A stretch of 64,000 bases of DNA from Octopus vulgaris (taxonomy: Eukaryota): contig OX597814.1 in assembly GCA_951406725.2 (NCBI GenBank), forward strand, positions 86,800,001-86,864,000, read 5' to 3'. Below the pieces are notes generated by a model. That model had not been told where the DNA came from. It ran no database searches and saw only the letters and a list, made by a program, of their open reading frames with translations. The first letter of the stretch is position 1. Every line of letters begins with the position of its first letter. A program made the position numbers and the translations under genes. Shown here piece after piece: positions 27,405 to 42,180 of this stretch.

Positions 27405-29068
27405 GGCCAAACTAGAGCGTTTGACCCGGTCATAAAAAAAAGTGTAATAGGTGTAAAACAACTTGCTCTAAATGAATATGACAAAAAATGCATGCTCGTG
27501 GAAGGGGGTGGGAGAGAGGACTCGGAAAATTCACATCGTGAATGTTCCGAAAGCGTCTGACCCAGGCACAAAAACAACAAAAATAGTGTAATAGGTGTAA
27601 AACAAATTCCCTGAAGTAGTGAAGAAAATCGCGGTACTTGTCTATTGTCGTGGTCCTGGTTTCGCACACGCGAATTCGCGCGCCAGACGTAGGTACACGA
27701 TACTCGAGATCCTACGAGGTGACTTGCGCATGCGCAGTGCAGAATTCGCGCATGCGCGTTAACCACCCTAAAAAAAAAGGTGTTGGATTACACTAAAAAT
27801 ATATATGTGTGTGTGTGTGTATATATAACATTTTCAATTTTACACAAAAAAATTACATAGTCGCTTTCCTCGCGGATTTACAGATAAATGAATTAATTAC
27901 TATTTTACAGAATAAAATTAATGAATTAATTATATAAATTAAATAATTCTTGAAAATTAATTAATATTAATAATATTTTTTGAACAAAGTAAATAATTTA
28001 TAAAACTTGGTTAATAATTTTTTTTACACAAACGCGAACGTATATAATTTGGTAAACTTAATGAATTAATTTCTTATCATCATCATCGTTTAACGTCCGT
28101 TCTCCATGCCAGCATGGGTTGGACGGTTCGACCGGGGATCTGGGAAGCCAGAAGGCTGCACCAGACTCCAGTCTTATCTGGCAATGTTTCTACAGCTGGA
28201 TGCCCTTCCTAACGCCAACCACTCCGAGAGTGTAGTGGGTGCTTTTTACATGCCACCCGCACAGGTGCCAGGCGAGGCTGGCAACGGCCACGGTCGGATT
28301 GGTGCCAGTCGAGCGGCTCTGGCATCGGCCACGATTCGGATAGTGCTTTTTACATACCACCAGTCCAGGGGTCCTGGCATTTGCCGGGTGCCACACTTGC
28401 CCCAACATGTCTTTGCAAGCAAAGGGGTTGGCATGGGTGCCTGTCGTGGGATGAGGTTCGATATCAACTTTGCTTGCCTCAACAGGTCTTTGTGTCTAAA
28501 TGTATAAATTTTTCGCACTAAATTCTTTCCGTAGAATTTATCAAAAAAAAATTATTCCGTAGAATTTATCAAATTAAAAAACGCAAAATTAATATATTTT
28601 TGAAATTGCAAATTATTTAGAATATAAAACAAATGAAGTTAAATTTTTAAAATAAATGTCATATACTTATACTCTGTAAGGTGCTGTGTTCACACTTCAA
28701 TTTACTATTTTCTAGAAATGTTGCTTTTCTAATTGAAACAATTTTTCTCAATCTCCATTTAAAAGTCCATAATGCCTCTAGAGCCATATCAAAATGAACA
28801 ACTTTGAATTACGCGGCGGCGGTGGTGGTGTGAGGTTCTAATTTTTTTTTTCTGATCTCTCTTTGCCCCCTCTTTATTTCAGTTGTTCATTCCGCTAATA
28901 TTTAGAAAAATTTTCGCGCCCAATTTTTGTTGTCGCGGGAAAAGATGAACGATTTAAAATAAATATATCTTAATTGTAGTGTGAGAAAGTATATATATTC
29001 TGATGACAAAATATATTATCTTTCAAAAACATCCCAAATTTATAGACTATATCGTGTAGGTTTAAGAA

Positions 29069-29099
<31 letters not shown>

Positions 29100-31310
29100 T
29101 ATAGTAGAGAATGAAACATCTTTCATCTGTCTCCCCACCACACCTCCATCTAGGGGGGCAAAGAGAGATCAGAAAAAAAAAAATTAGAACCTCACACCAC
29201 CACCGCCGCCGCGTAATTCAAAGTTGTTCATTTTGATATGGCTCTAGAGGCATTATGGACTTTTAAATGGAGATTGAGAAAAATTGTTTCAATTAGAAAA
29301 GCAACATTTCTAGAAAATAGTAAATTGAAGTGTGAACACAGCACCTTACAGAGTATAAGTATATGACATTTATTTTAAAAATTTAACTTCATTTGTTTTA
29401 TATTCTAAATAATTTGCAATTTCAAAAAATATATTAATTTTGCGTTTTTTAATTTGATAAATTCTACGGAATAATTTTGCGCGTTTTTTGATAAATTCTA
29501 CGGAAAGAATTTAGTGCGAAAAATTTATACATTTAGACACAAAGACCTGTTGAGGCAAGCGAAGTTGATATCGAACCTCATCCCACGACAGGCACCCATG
29601 CCAACCCCTTTGCTTGCAAAGACATGTTGGGGCAAGTGTGGCACCCGGCAAATGCCAGGACCCCTGGACTGGTGGTACGTAAAAAGCACTATCCGAATCG
29701 TGGCCGATGCCAGAGCCGCCTCGACTGGCACCAATCCGACCGTGGCCGTTGCCAGCCTCGCCTGGCACCTGTGCGGGTGGCATGTAAAAAGCACCCACTA
29801 CACTCTCGGAGTGGTTGGCGTTAGGAAGGGCATCCAGCTGTAGAAACATTGCCAGATAAGACTGGAGTCTGGTGCAGCCTTCTGGCTTCCCAGATCCCCG
29901 GTCGAACCGTCCAACCCATGCTGGCATGGAGAACGGACGTTAAACGATGATGATGAGAAGAAATTAATTCATTAAGTTTACCAAATTATATACGTCTGTA
30001 AAAAAAAAAAAGTTTCACAAATTATATACGTTCGCGTTTGTGTAAAAAAAATTATTAACCAAGTTTTATAAATTATTTACTTTATTCAAAAAATAATATT
30101 AATTAATTTTCAAGAATTATTTAATTTATATAATTAATTCATTAATTTTATTCTGTAAAATAGTAATTAATTCATTTATCTGTAAATCCGCGAGGAAAGC
30201 GACTATGTAATTTTTTTGTGTAAAATTGAAAATGTTATATATACACACACACACACACACATATATATATTTTTAGTGAAATCCAACACCTTTTTTTAGG
30301 GGGGGGTTAACGCGCATGCGCGAATTCTGCACTGCGCATGCGCAAGTCACCTCGTCTGGCGCGCGCGTGCGCGCGAATTCGCGTGTGCGAAACCGGGACC
30401 ACGACAATAGACAAGTACCAAAATCGCTACCTACTACCTATATATATATATTGTTCCCCTTTAAAAGATGAAGTTGTGGAATATAAATAAAAAAAACCGT
30501 GAGTCTCAGAAAAACATTCTCAAACGCATGCTACCACACTGAATTACAGAGCGGATTCATGGAAAACGACCAAATTTTCACATAGTAACCAATGATATGC
30601 TGAACATTTATGGCTGTTAAAATTGTAGATTGTCTTTAAAACAAATATTTTAAAGCTTCACAAATGTAAATTACACCATTTTCTATAAATGGTGTAAACT
30701 ACGTTTGTGAAGCTTTAAAATATTTGTTTTGAAGACAATCTACAATTTTAACAGCCATAATGTTTAGCATATCATTGGTTACTGTGTGAAAATTTGGTCG
30801 TTTTCCATGAATCCGCTCTGTAATTCAGTGTGGTAGCATGCGTTTGAGAATGTTTTTCTGAGACTCACGGTTCTTTTTTTTTTTTTTACAACTTCCACAA
30901 CTTCATCTTTTAAAGGGGAACAAAGTGTGTGTATATATAGGTAGAGATTTTCTTCACTACTTCACCTATTACGCTATCTTTTTTTTGTTTTTGTACCCGG
31001 GTCAGACCCGGAACATTCACGATGTAAATTTTCCGAGTCCCCTCCCCCCTTTTGCGAGTGCGCATTTTTTTTGGTCATATTCGTTTAGAGCAAGTTGTTT
31101 TACACCTATTACACTATTTAAAAAAAATTTTTGTGCCAGGGTCAGATCCTCAGACGCTTTCGGAAATTCACGATGTGAATTTTCCGAGTCGTCTCCCTCA
31201 CCCACCCACCCTTTCGCGAGCGCGCATTTTTTTTTGTCATATTCGTTTAGAGGAAGTTACACTATTTTTTTTTTTGCTTTTCTGGCCGGGTCAAACGCTT
31301 TAGTTTGACC
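27405..31310. repeat. Outer hairpin element (arms 27405-27632 + 30428-30681 versus 30687-31310; 5-nt loop)
   Basis: With 27633-30427 removed, the left part is the reverse complement of the right part (ggccaaactagagcgtttgacccgg vs ccgggtcaaacgctttagtttgacc; centre ttacaccattt-tctat-aaatggtgtaa). The right arm carries an extra ~170-bp tandem unit. Confidence 0.88.
27633..30419. mobile_element. Foldback non-autonomous DNA transposon with ~1.25-kb TIRs (Merlin-like ends)
   Basis: Arms 27633-28870 and 29154-30419 are near-identical inverted copies with a 283-bp spacer. Termini GGTACTTG..CAAGTACC; exact 8-bp TSD AAAATCGC at 27625-27632 and 30420-30427. Confidence 0.9.
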
Positions 31311-31555
31311 GAAAAAATTCAAATCGGACTATGTTAAAACCAAAAATTATTTACATCAAAAAGGTGCTTTTTTTTCTATGAAAATCCCTATTTTTTACGA
31401 TTTTTTGACTGCTGTGTCGCCATTTTTCGGTGTATTTCAACCAGAAAATTGTTCATTTAAAGAGAATAACAAGCTACATAATGCAAAATTTTTACTTTCA
31501 AAAATTCCATTTCTAAAAGGGTCGAAACCCGAGCAACGCCGAGCGATATTGCTAG
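31311..31555 (+). mobile_element. Helitron 3' terminus
   Basis: cccgagcaacgccgagcgatattgCTAG|t; same end motif as the minus-strand ends at 23744, 37251 and 57523. Confidence 0.65.
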
Positions 31556-32573
31556 TATATATATAAAGCCAAAACGATAAAATATTTCAAAATTTCCGAT
31601 TTCAATAATCATACTTCTACAATTCTCAGTAAGCCATCGTCAAATTTTAACATCTGCTAGAAGACATCGACCAAAATGCTTTCTGTAACACCCAGTGTTA
31701 CTTCTCCATCTCTCTCTCTCATATATATATATATATATGATGAAAAATAGCAGTAAGCAGGTAAAAGATAAAATATTCTGGTTGAATAAGACACTAATTC
31801 AAACGAAGTCAAAAATTTAGTAGTGGAAATTATTAATGTTGGGATAGAAAAAATAGTTATAAACTATATAATTATATTGATTAAATAAGAAAATAAAACA
31901 AAAGCAGTGGAAGAATAAAAAGCGAAAAATCTGATAATGGTATAAATTAAAAAAAAAAAATAGAACGAAAAGGGAAGTAAGAAGGGGCGAATTGGTTACA
32001 TTTTATATATACTTTAGGTTAGAAAACTAATTTAATTAGTCTTACAGGATATGTACATATATATATAACAAAATTATTCAATAAAATAAATCAATAAAAA
32101 TATTTCTAAAAATACATGTGGAGTAAATTGGGAAGAAAAAAAAAGAGGTAATGAATAAAACAGTCGTGTTAGTGAATATTGCTATGTCATTTCATATAGT
32201 AACATGATGGACTGATAAAAGAAAATGTGGTCAAGAAAAGCCAGTAATAGATGAGATTTGCGAACCAAACAATTTTAGAAAGACGATAGGCGTACACTTA
32301 AAGAAGATTGTAGAAACTCTATAGAAAAAGAGAACAATGAATATTTAACGCCGGTCTGCTTGCCATTTTAACTTTACAGAATATTTGACGCCGATACATA
32401 TCACCCTAGCTTTAAGGAGGGGGGGGAGAGAAACGGCAATACGACTTAACAAGCTGCAGTAATACTATAACGGTTCTTTAATAACAAAGAAGAATCCGCT
32501 TGAAGACGAAAAAAATAAAAATAAGATCGTAATATCAAATAAATTAATGTATGAAAAAGGAAGAAATGATTAC

Positions 32574-32600
32574 CTTGTTCAACCTTCTCGTGGCTGCCAT
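32574..32600 (-). CDS. UBE2L3: Ubiquitin-conjugating enzyme E2 L3-like, coding exon 1 (MAATRRLNK)
   Basis: Minus strand reads ATG GCA GCC ACG AGA AGG TTG AAC AAG|gtaatc: 27 nt with a phase-0 donor. It matches the UBE2L3/UbcH7 N-terminus (human MAASRRLMK, recalled) and lies in a CpG-retaining region. Confidence 0.88.
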
Positions 32601-32720
32601 GTTCGTTTTCGTTCAAGTATGTGTGTAAGTGTGCTTGATGCTGCCTCGCTAACTGCGCGTAGGTTAGATAAGATAAGATAACTCCGCCTTGCTAGCAGAC
32701 AGAACGGTATGGGGAAATCC
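32601..32720 (-). promoter_or_regulatory. Putative 5'UTR/core promoter of the UBE2L3-like gene
   Basis: Immediately upstream of the ATG, locally CpG-rich, with a GC-box-like ctccgcc and an (AGATA)n run. The TSS cannot be determined from sequence. Confidence 0.45.
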
Positions 32721-33565
32721 AGAATTGAAACAGGATTTTAGAAGTTATCAACTAGATGATCTTCCTGACTAAGCACCAGATGAGAAATGTTATTGAAATT
32801 TTATTTATAGTCGTAGTATTATTAGTGGGGATGGTAGTAGTTGTAGTTACAAGACTGAAATTCTGTTATCATTTACATTGAAAAAAATTAATTAGAAAAT
32901 AAATAATTTTTTACTATTTGAATTAAAATTCATTTTGTTATTTGAAATAAAATTCAAAATTATTTTTTAAATATTTCTCCTGATTGCATATTTAAAATAA
33001 CAATGAGCAATCTTCTCATTAAGCCATCATGTATGGAATTTCAGTTGAGTCATAATTTTATGTTGGCAGACACGTGTGTATGTATGTTGATTGGAGGAAT
33101 AATTTTAATTAACATGTAAGAGATGGATTGAAAGATATATATAGATACATTAAAAGATAGCCAGATATTTCAGTTTTCATTAAACTGGTTGTAATTGTTT
33201 CCTAGACGATTAACTGTCTATGTATTCTGCCATTTTGAATGATTTGTAATACTAATTATGTAAAAGATAATGAAAGGAATTTGACTTTCAACTTTATCGT
33301 ACTATATGGTTTCAATGCTATTTTATCCAATACTTAATGCTGTGTGATATAACAACCACTTTGGATACAAGCGCATGCAACTTGGAATTTTGTATTATAA
33401 CACAACATGGGTTCCATACTTTATTACATCTACATGTTCCGTTAGTCGGCAAAAATACAGCACTGAATGTAATAATTTGAGAAGCAACGAAAGGGATTTA
33501 CATATATTTCCCCCTCCTTAAGACGAAACCATTCCAAAGTCTTTAATATAAAGGATGATCTAGAT

Positions 33566-33779
33566 CAGTGTTTCCCAACCTTTTTTCCCGGCGCCCCACT
33601 TTTTCATAGCAAAAGTTTTTACGCCCCACCTTTTCCCATGTCCACTCACATTTACAAGTACATGTAAATCTAAGGTTGTGCCCGCGATGACCGCTCGTCA
33701 TGTACAAATATTTTCACAGCCCACGTCTATGCCCCGCGCCCCACCTGAATTTTCTCAGGCCCCACCTTGGGAATCACTG
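33566..33779. mobile_element. hAT MITE
   Basis: TIRs CAGTGTTTCCCAA / TTGGGAATCACTG with perfect 8-bp TSD ATCTAGAT. Confidence 0.9.
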
Positions 33780-34754
33780 ATCTAGATAATTCATGGACAA
33801 AAATGAACTAGTAGTTACGTCTTTGTAGCTATAAAAATTAAAAATTATAAAATGACTGCCAATTTTTCGTTTTTCGGATCCGGTGAAAGTATTTAGATTG
33901 TCAAACGTCAAGTGAATTTTTCTGGGCGAAGTGAAAGTGTTATTTAATTATTTATTTATTACAAATTATAAATTAATATAATTTAAATAATTATTCAAAT
34001 CCATCATTAGTGTATCTTCAGTTAGCTTCGTATACTCGCGACAAATAGGACGAATATCAAATACTTTGATTTAGGAATAGAATATGAAACTTAGAAACGA
34101 AAGTTTTCAATTATGAAAGTACAATAAATAGAGAACAATGGTGCCAAAGAAATTCTGTAAAGCATCCGATATGATGTTTCAATTATTTCAGTAAGTTCCA
34201 CCAAATATTTTGTGTTCACATTCATAATGAGAGTGAGCAAAGCATATTTCTTAACTTCCAAAGTGTGATTAATAGTAAAAGCTCGAGTGATTAATAATGA
34301 AATGAGATACAATTATTTTTCTAATTTATGGCCTTCATCACATTTGACTTTGTCTAGTTCTTTTTGAGGATATGAAGCTAAATGAAGCTTTTCTAATAAT
34401 CGATTTGCATGATTGTTTAAAGAGATGAGAACGGCTTATCATTTGTATTAAATACAATTTTCCCTTTCCAGCTAGGAAACGCATTTTCTTTTTGTTCAGA
34501 AAACATCGTTTTTCATGGGATCACAGAACCCAAAAAGTGCCCAAAGGCAAATAGGGTACGCGTCTTAAAATTAGACGTAGAATCAGAAAAGAAAACCTGG
34601 AAAATAGTATGTAGTTCGGATATTTCTCCGATTATATTGGCATTGTTCAATTTCGAGTAGAATTGTTTTGTTATGCCAGCATGGAAAACAGATGTTAAAT
34701 AACAATAATTATACACACACACACACACACACACATCACCACCGCACCTTCATT

Positions 34755-36600
34755 TTCATCATCATCATTATCATACGTCCGTTTTCCATGCTGGCATGGG
34801 TTGGACGGTTTGACAGGAGCTGGCAAGTCAGAAGACTGCTCCAAGCTCTACTGTCTGATTTGCATGCTTTCTACAGCTGGATGCCCTTCCTAATGCCAAC
34901 TATTTTACAGAGTGTACTGGGTGCTTTTTTTACTTGTTAGCAGCAACAGCAGTGGTGAGGTCATCAAATAACTTGCTAGACAAGACTACTCAACTGAGGT
35001 GAGTAGTATTTAGGAAGGTGATTTTATGACAGGGGAGGAGAGGTTAGAGTATGAATAGGATAGAAATAGGTGACTTGCTATGAAGGAGATACATGGTTAC
35101 CTCAGTAGGGGAGAGAGATAAAAGGTAGAGTAGATGGTGACTATGGGGTACACACAAATCACAAATTATAAGGTGCATATAAGTGAAGTGGAACCAGGAT
35201 TGGATAGGGTGAGGAGGTGGGTAAATTTGTGAGATCGCAGGACAGTGAAAGGTGAAGTGGGGAATGTAGTGAGTGGATACAAATAGAAGGGAGGAGGTGT
35301 TGGTTGGATATGTTGTGATTCAGCTAGGACACATTGTGTATATAGGTTTGTGAGGGTGCAAAGGGGGAATTGGAGATATAGAGAAGGGGAATACAGTGAG
35401 TGGCAAATTTAGGTGGGGGGGATGGGAGAAGTGTTAGGAAGATGGTTGTTGGGGAGAGGTTTGGCAGGGATGTGGATATAAAACAACATGCCTTTATGAT
35501 CTTGATTTTAGTTAGCTGGACAGTTCCTCTCAAGCACAGCAAATTACTAATCATCTTGGTTCTTTGTCATCTGCTCTTTGAGACTCAGTATCTGAAGATC
35601 ATTTTCCACAACTTCATCCCATGTCTTCTTGGATCTTACTCTTCCATAAGTTCCATATTTAGTGATCAGTACTTCTTTATGCAGCTGTCTTCATACAGAT
35701 GCATCATGTGACCATAACAACACAGTTTTCTCTTTTGCACACTACATCTTATGCCTCTTATACCCAATTTTTGCTCTCAACACATTTACACTTTTTTCAA
35801 GCATGTACGCTAACAATACACATCCAGCGGAGCATTCTGGTTTCATTTCTCTCAACCCTTTACATGTCTTCTGCAACCTCTACCCATGTTTCACTACTAT
35901 GTAGCATAGTGTGCAATCTGCCTTTCACTCTAAGAGAGAAGCCCTTTGTTATCCACAAAGGTAATAGCTCTTTGGACATTGACCAGCTGGTTCTAATTCT
36001 AGCAACTACACTTTCAGAGCATACTTCCCTACTGTTAATTTGGTTACCTAGGTAATGGAAACTATCTACTACCTCTAAGGATGCCACCTGGACATTGGAG
36101 GAAATCTATTTCCTGTGTGTTCTTAGTGTTTGTTGTTCCTACACATCTGCCACTCACAAAGTCTATTACCTGTTAACCTTCTTGTGATTCCACTGCACTA
36201 CTTATGAATTCATAGCTTGCACTGTCACTGTATGCTATTTCTAACTACACCTTTTCTACATATTGAGCAGGGCCACTTTCTTGAAGGGATTTTTAATTTG
36301 TCTACTTTCCTGCTTACTAGTACTTTGGTCTTTGCTAAATTAATTCTAAGGCCTTTTGATTTCAGACTTTTCTTGCACACTTAAAATTTCTTGTCTAATT
36401 CTACTATAGATTTGGTTGTAAGAACAAGGTCATCAGCATAGAGAAGCTTCCATGGGCAACCAATTTTAAATTCCTGTTAAGGTCTGAAGAACTATGGTAA
36501 ACAAAAGGTGGCTAAGAACTGAATGTTAATGAACTCCTGCTTGCACATCACTTTATTGGAAGATCCCTGTACATGGCTTGGACAGCTCTCACCAGCCATT
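34755..36600 (-). mobile_element. RTE-clade LINE, degenerate
   Basis: GCPWKLLYADDLVL (~36420-36462), LEVVDSFHYLG, MLHSSETW, plus the shared 3'UTR and (GAT)n tail. Confidence 0.88.
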
Positions 36601-37250
36601 CATCTCTGAGGCATGTTTTAGTCATTAAAACTGCTTCAATCAATGTTTGGTTTTCACAAAATTGATAATTATTGATTTTTTCAAAGTCACCCGATTTTGA
36701 TCAAACTTGACATACTTATGCATTCTTACCCAAGGTTTTTCATTTTGTTATTATTTTTTTCAAATTCCATTTTGTTTGAGCACAGCACGGGAAAAACCGA
36801 TTCAAAAAATGCCTTTAATGCAGGCCATAGCACTAGAACCATTGAGCCGATTTAAACCAAACTCAGTAAACGAATGCACTTTCACCCAACGAGTCTTATG
36901 CCATAGTTCGTTTCATTAAATTGTGCTTTGTTTGAGCACAATTTGACAAACTCACATTTGAACAAAATGCCTTTGATGAAGTAGGTCCTGATTTGTTTTT
37001 CTCAGAACACTGACCCCTTTCCTTCTCTGATACATAAACAATTAATCTCCACCATGGTGTGCACACACATTGTGATCCCACGTGACCTCAAAATGGCCAC
37101 TGCCAATAATAGTAAACATCCGGTACAGAGGCTTTCCATTGTAATAAATGAATGCGATTTCTATGTGTAGCATGAGATAGTTAAAGCAATAACAGCCTCT
37201 GCACTGCACAAGCTACTGGTAAGTACTTACTACTTCCTTCATCCATTTCA

Positions 37251-38970
37251 CTAGCAGTAGTAACTGGCGTTGCACGGGTCTTAATAAATTACCATGAAAC
37301 TGTGGAAACATGAGACCTTACGCTTGAGAAAAAGCAGTTTGGGGCATGACATTGTTAAAGCAATAACCTTGGTAACCTCTTGAATCAGATCAATACTCAA
37401 GCTTCCTTTCAAAAAGTTATATTCTTGCGCTGTTTATGGTTTCCGTGTACAAGTGGTTTTGGGTGAAGCCGGGCCAAACCGCTGAACCACCAGACCGATT
37501 CGATTGAAATTTCAGATATGCATTAGGTATGTTCCGAGGCATGTTTTAGTCATAACAATTGCTTCGCTCAATGTTAGGTTTTCACAAAGACTTGATCGAT
37601 AATTATCGATTTTTACAAAAAGTCGTCTGATTTCAACCAAACTTGGTATACATTTGCAGTTTGACCCAAAGAGTTTCATGGCATCATGATACTCAGTGGA
37701 TGACCGGAAGACTGAAACTGAACTACAGAAGCACAATGAATTGTTTCTAGGCCAGCATATGAAAGACCATCATGACCTCCTAGCGCAAGTCTTCCGGTTG
37801 AAGCTTATCAAACTAATGGAGCTTCTCCATGGGAGGGCAAATACTTGGCCCCGTTAGATGCGATATGTATACTGTTGAATGGCAAAAGAGAGGCCTACCA
37901 CATGCTCATATTCTAATCTGGTTCTCGGTAAGAATACCTCCCAATGATATTAACAAGATTATCTCTGCCGAGATTTCAAACCCATCTACTGAGAGACATC
38001 TCTTTGAAATATTCAAGGCGACCATGATCCACTGGCCATGTGGGCACGGCACGGATTCAGTTTGGGCTTCCCTTGCTTGAGCAACAATATCTGCTGCAAC
38101 AAGTTTCCAAAAATATTTCTGAAGGAAATACAAACTGGCATTGATGGACACCCTCTGTACAGACGGCGCCTACCATGAAAATTGGACAACATGAGGCTGA
38201 CACAGATGGGTTGTACTGTATTCACCGCTTCTTTTGAAGATGTTTGGCGCCCACATCAATGTGGAATTTTGCCATTCCATCAAGTCCATCAAGTATATCT
38301 GCAAATGTGTCAACAAGGGCTCAGACGCTGCTATGTTTGGTCTACCGCAGGAAAACTGCCGTGACGAGGTCTTACAATACCATGTTGGCCATTATATTAG
38401 CAGCAACAAGCCTTCTGGTATATTTTCAGCTTTCCAATATACCAAAGGCACCCACCCATTGAGCAATTTGCAGTTCACCTGGAGAACAGTCAAAGGGTGA
38501 ACTTTACCAATGTGACTGCCGCCAGAACAGTTGAAGAGCCTCAACAAACTATTCTCACTACATTCTTTGCTCTGTGCTGGAATGGCCCATTTGCAAAAAC
38601 TCTGCTTTATCCTCAGGTTCTGTCCTACTACACAGTGTGTATATTTGCCTCAATGTAGTTTCGCATGAGTTTGTGCACAGTTAATCTTGTACCATTGCAT
38701 AATTTTGGTTGAGACAAATTGTGTAATAGCATAATAGGAATCCATTTTTTCGGCTGAAGACCATGAGAAGCTGTACTTGGTGATTCTAGTGAGTTCAAAA
38801 ATTTGATGGGGTAGTTAACAATATCATGACCATCAACAACCCTGTCAATTGAGTTATAAGTGAATACTTCTCTTGGTAGTTTATTCAATAGCATATTATT
38901 AATTCTATGTACAGCAACATTATTTTGGAGTCAGAATAGCTTCTCACAGATCCAATTTGCATTGTTGTAA
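37251..38970. mobile_element. Rearranged Helitron: Rep/HUH on + (37676-38627); PIF1 helicase piece (38628-38970) and 3' CTAG end (37251) on -
   Basis: Rep motifs YTVEWQKRGLPHAHILIW and AHINVEFCHSIKSIKYICK; helicase motif IMLLHNLSQPKLCNGTRL; terminal gacccgtgcaacgccag..CTAG. Confidence 0.9.
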
Positions 38971-41806
<2,836 letters not shown>

Positions 41807-41934
41807 AGATGAAATGCCGTTCAGCCAGCTCAAAAAAAAAAAAAGAGTACAAGCACAAACACAACTAGGTAGCCCAAAACCTCCACTGGCTACTATGCTG
41901 TAAGTATGAATATGAGGTTACAGGTGCTTGTTCT

Positions 41935-42180
41935 CTCAAAAATCTTTATGTCCATATATTGGAGCTCACTCAAATTCCAATTGATGACATTAAGGCTATA
42001 TTGGACAACTGGTACCATCAAGGAGTTTATAGCTGCAATTCTGCTCTGGGAGTTCAGCTCAGTATTCAGGACCATTCTGATATGTCTTTAATATTCTTTC
42101 CTGATCTTCTCTTTCACTGACCTGTACTGAATTGCTTTCCCTTCATTCACCCCAAGAGACTTATAAAACCCTTGTGTCAT
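41935..42180 (-). mobile_element. R4-like RT C-terminal fragment
   Basis: YKSLGVNEG..KIRKEY..MVLNTELNSQSRIAAINSLMVPVVQYS..INWNLSELQYMDIKI. Confidence 0.7.

Noticed and set aside
27420-27600. Spaced repeats (gtgtaataggtgtaaaacaa) superficially resembling a CRISPR array
   Set aside because: Eukaryotic context, only 2-3 units, the intervening sequence is itself repeated, and no cas genes are present.
28106-29927. Mirror-image 133-aa and 138-aa ORFs suggesting a duplicated gene pair
   Set aside because: Antisense readings of the RTE 3'UTR fragment duplicated within the foldback arms.
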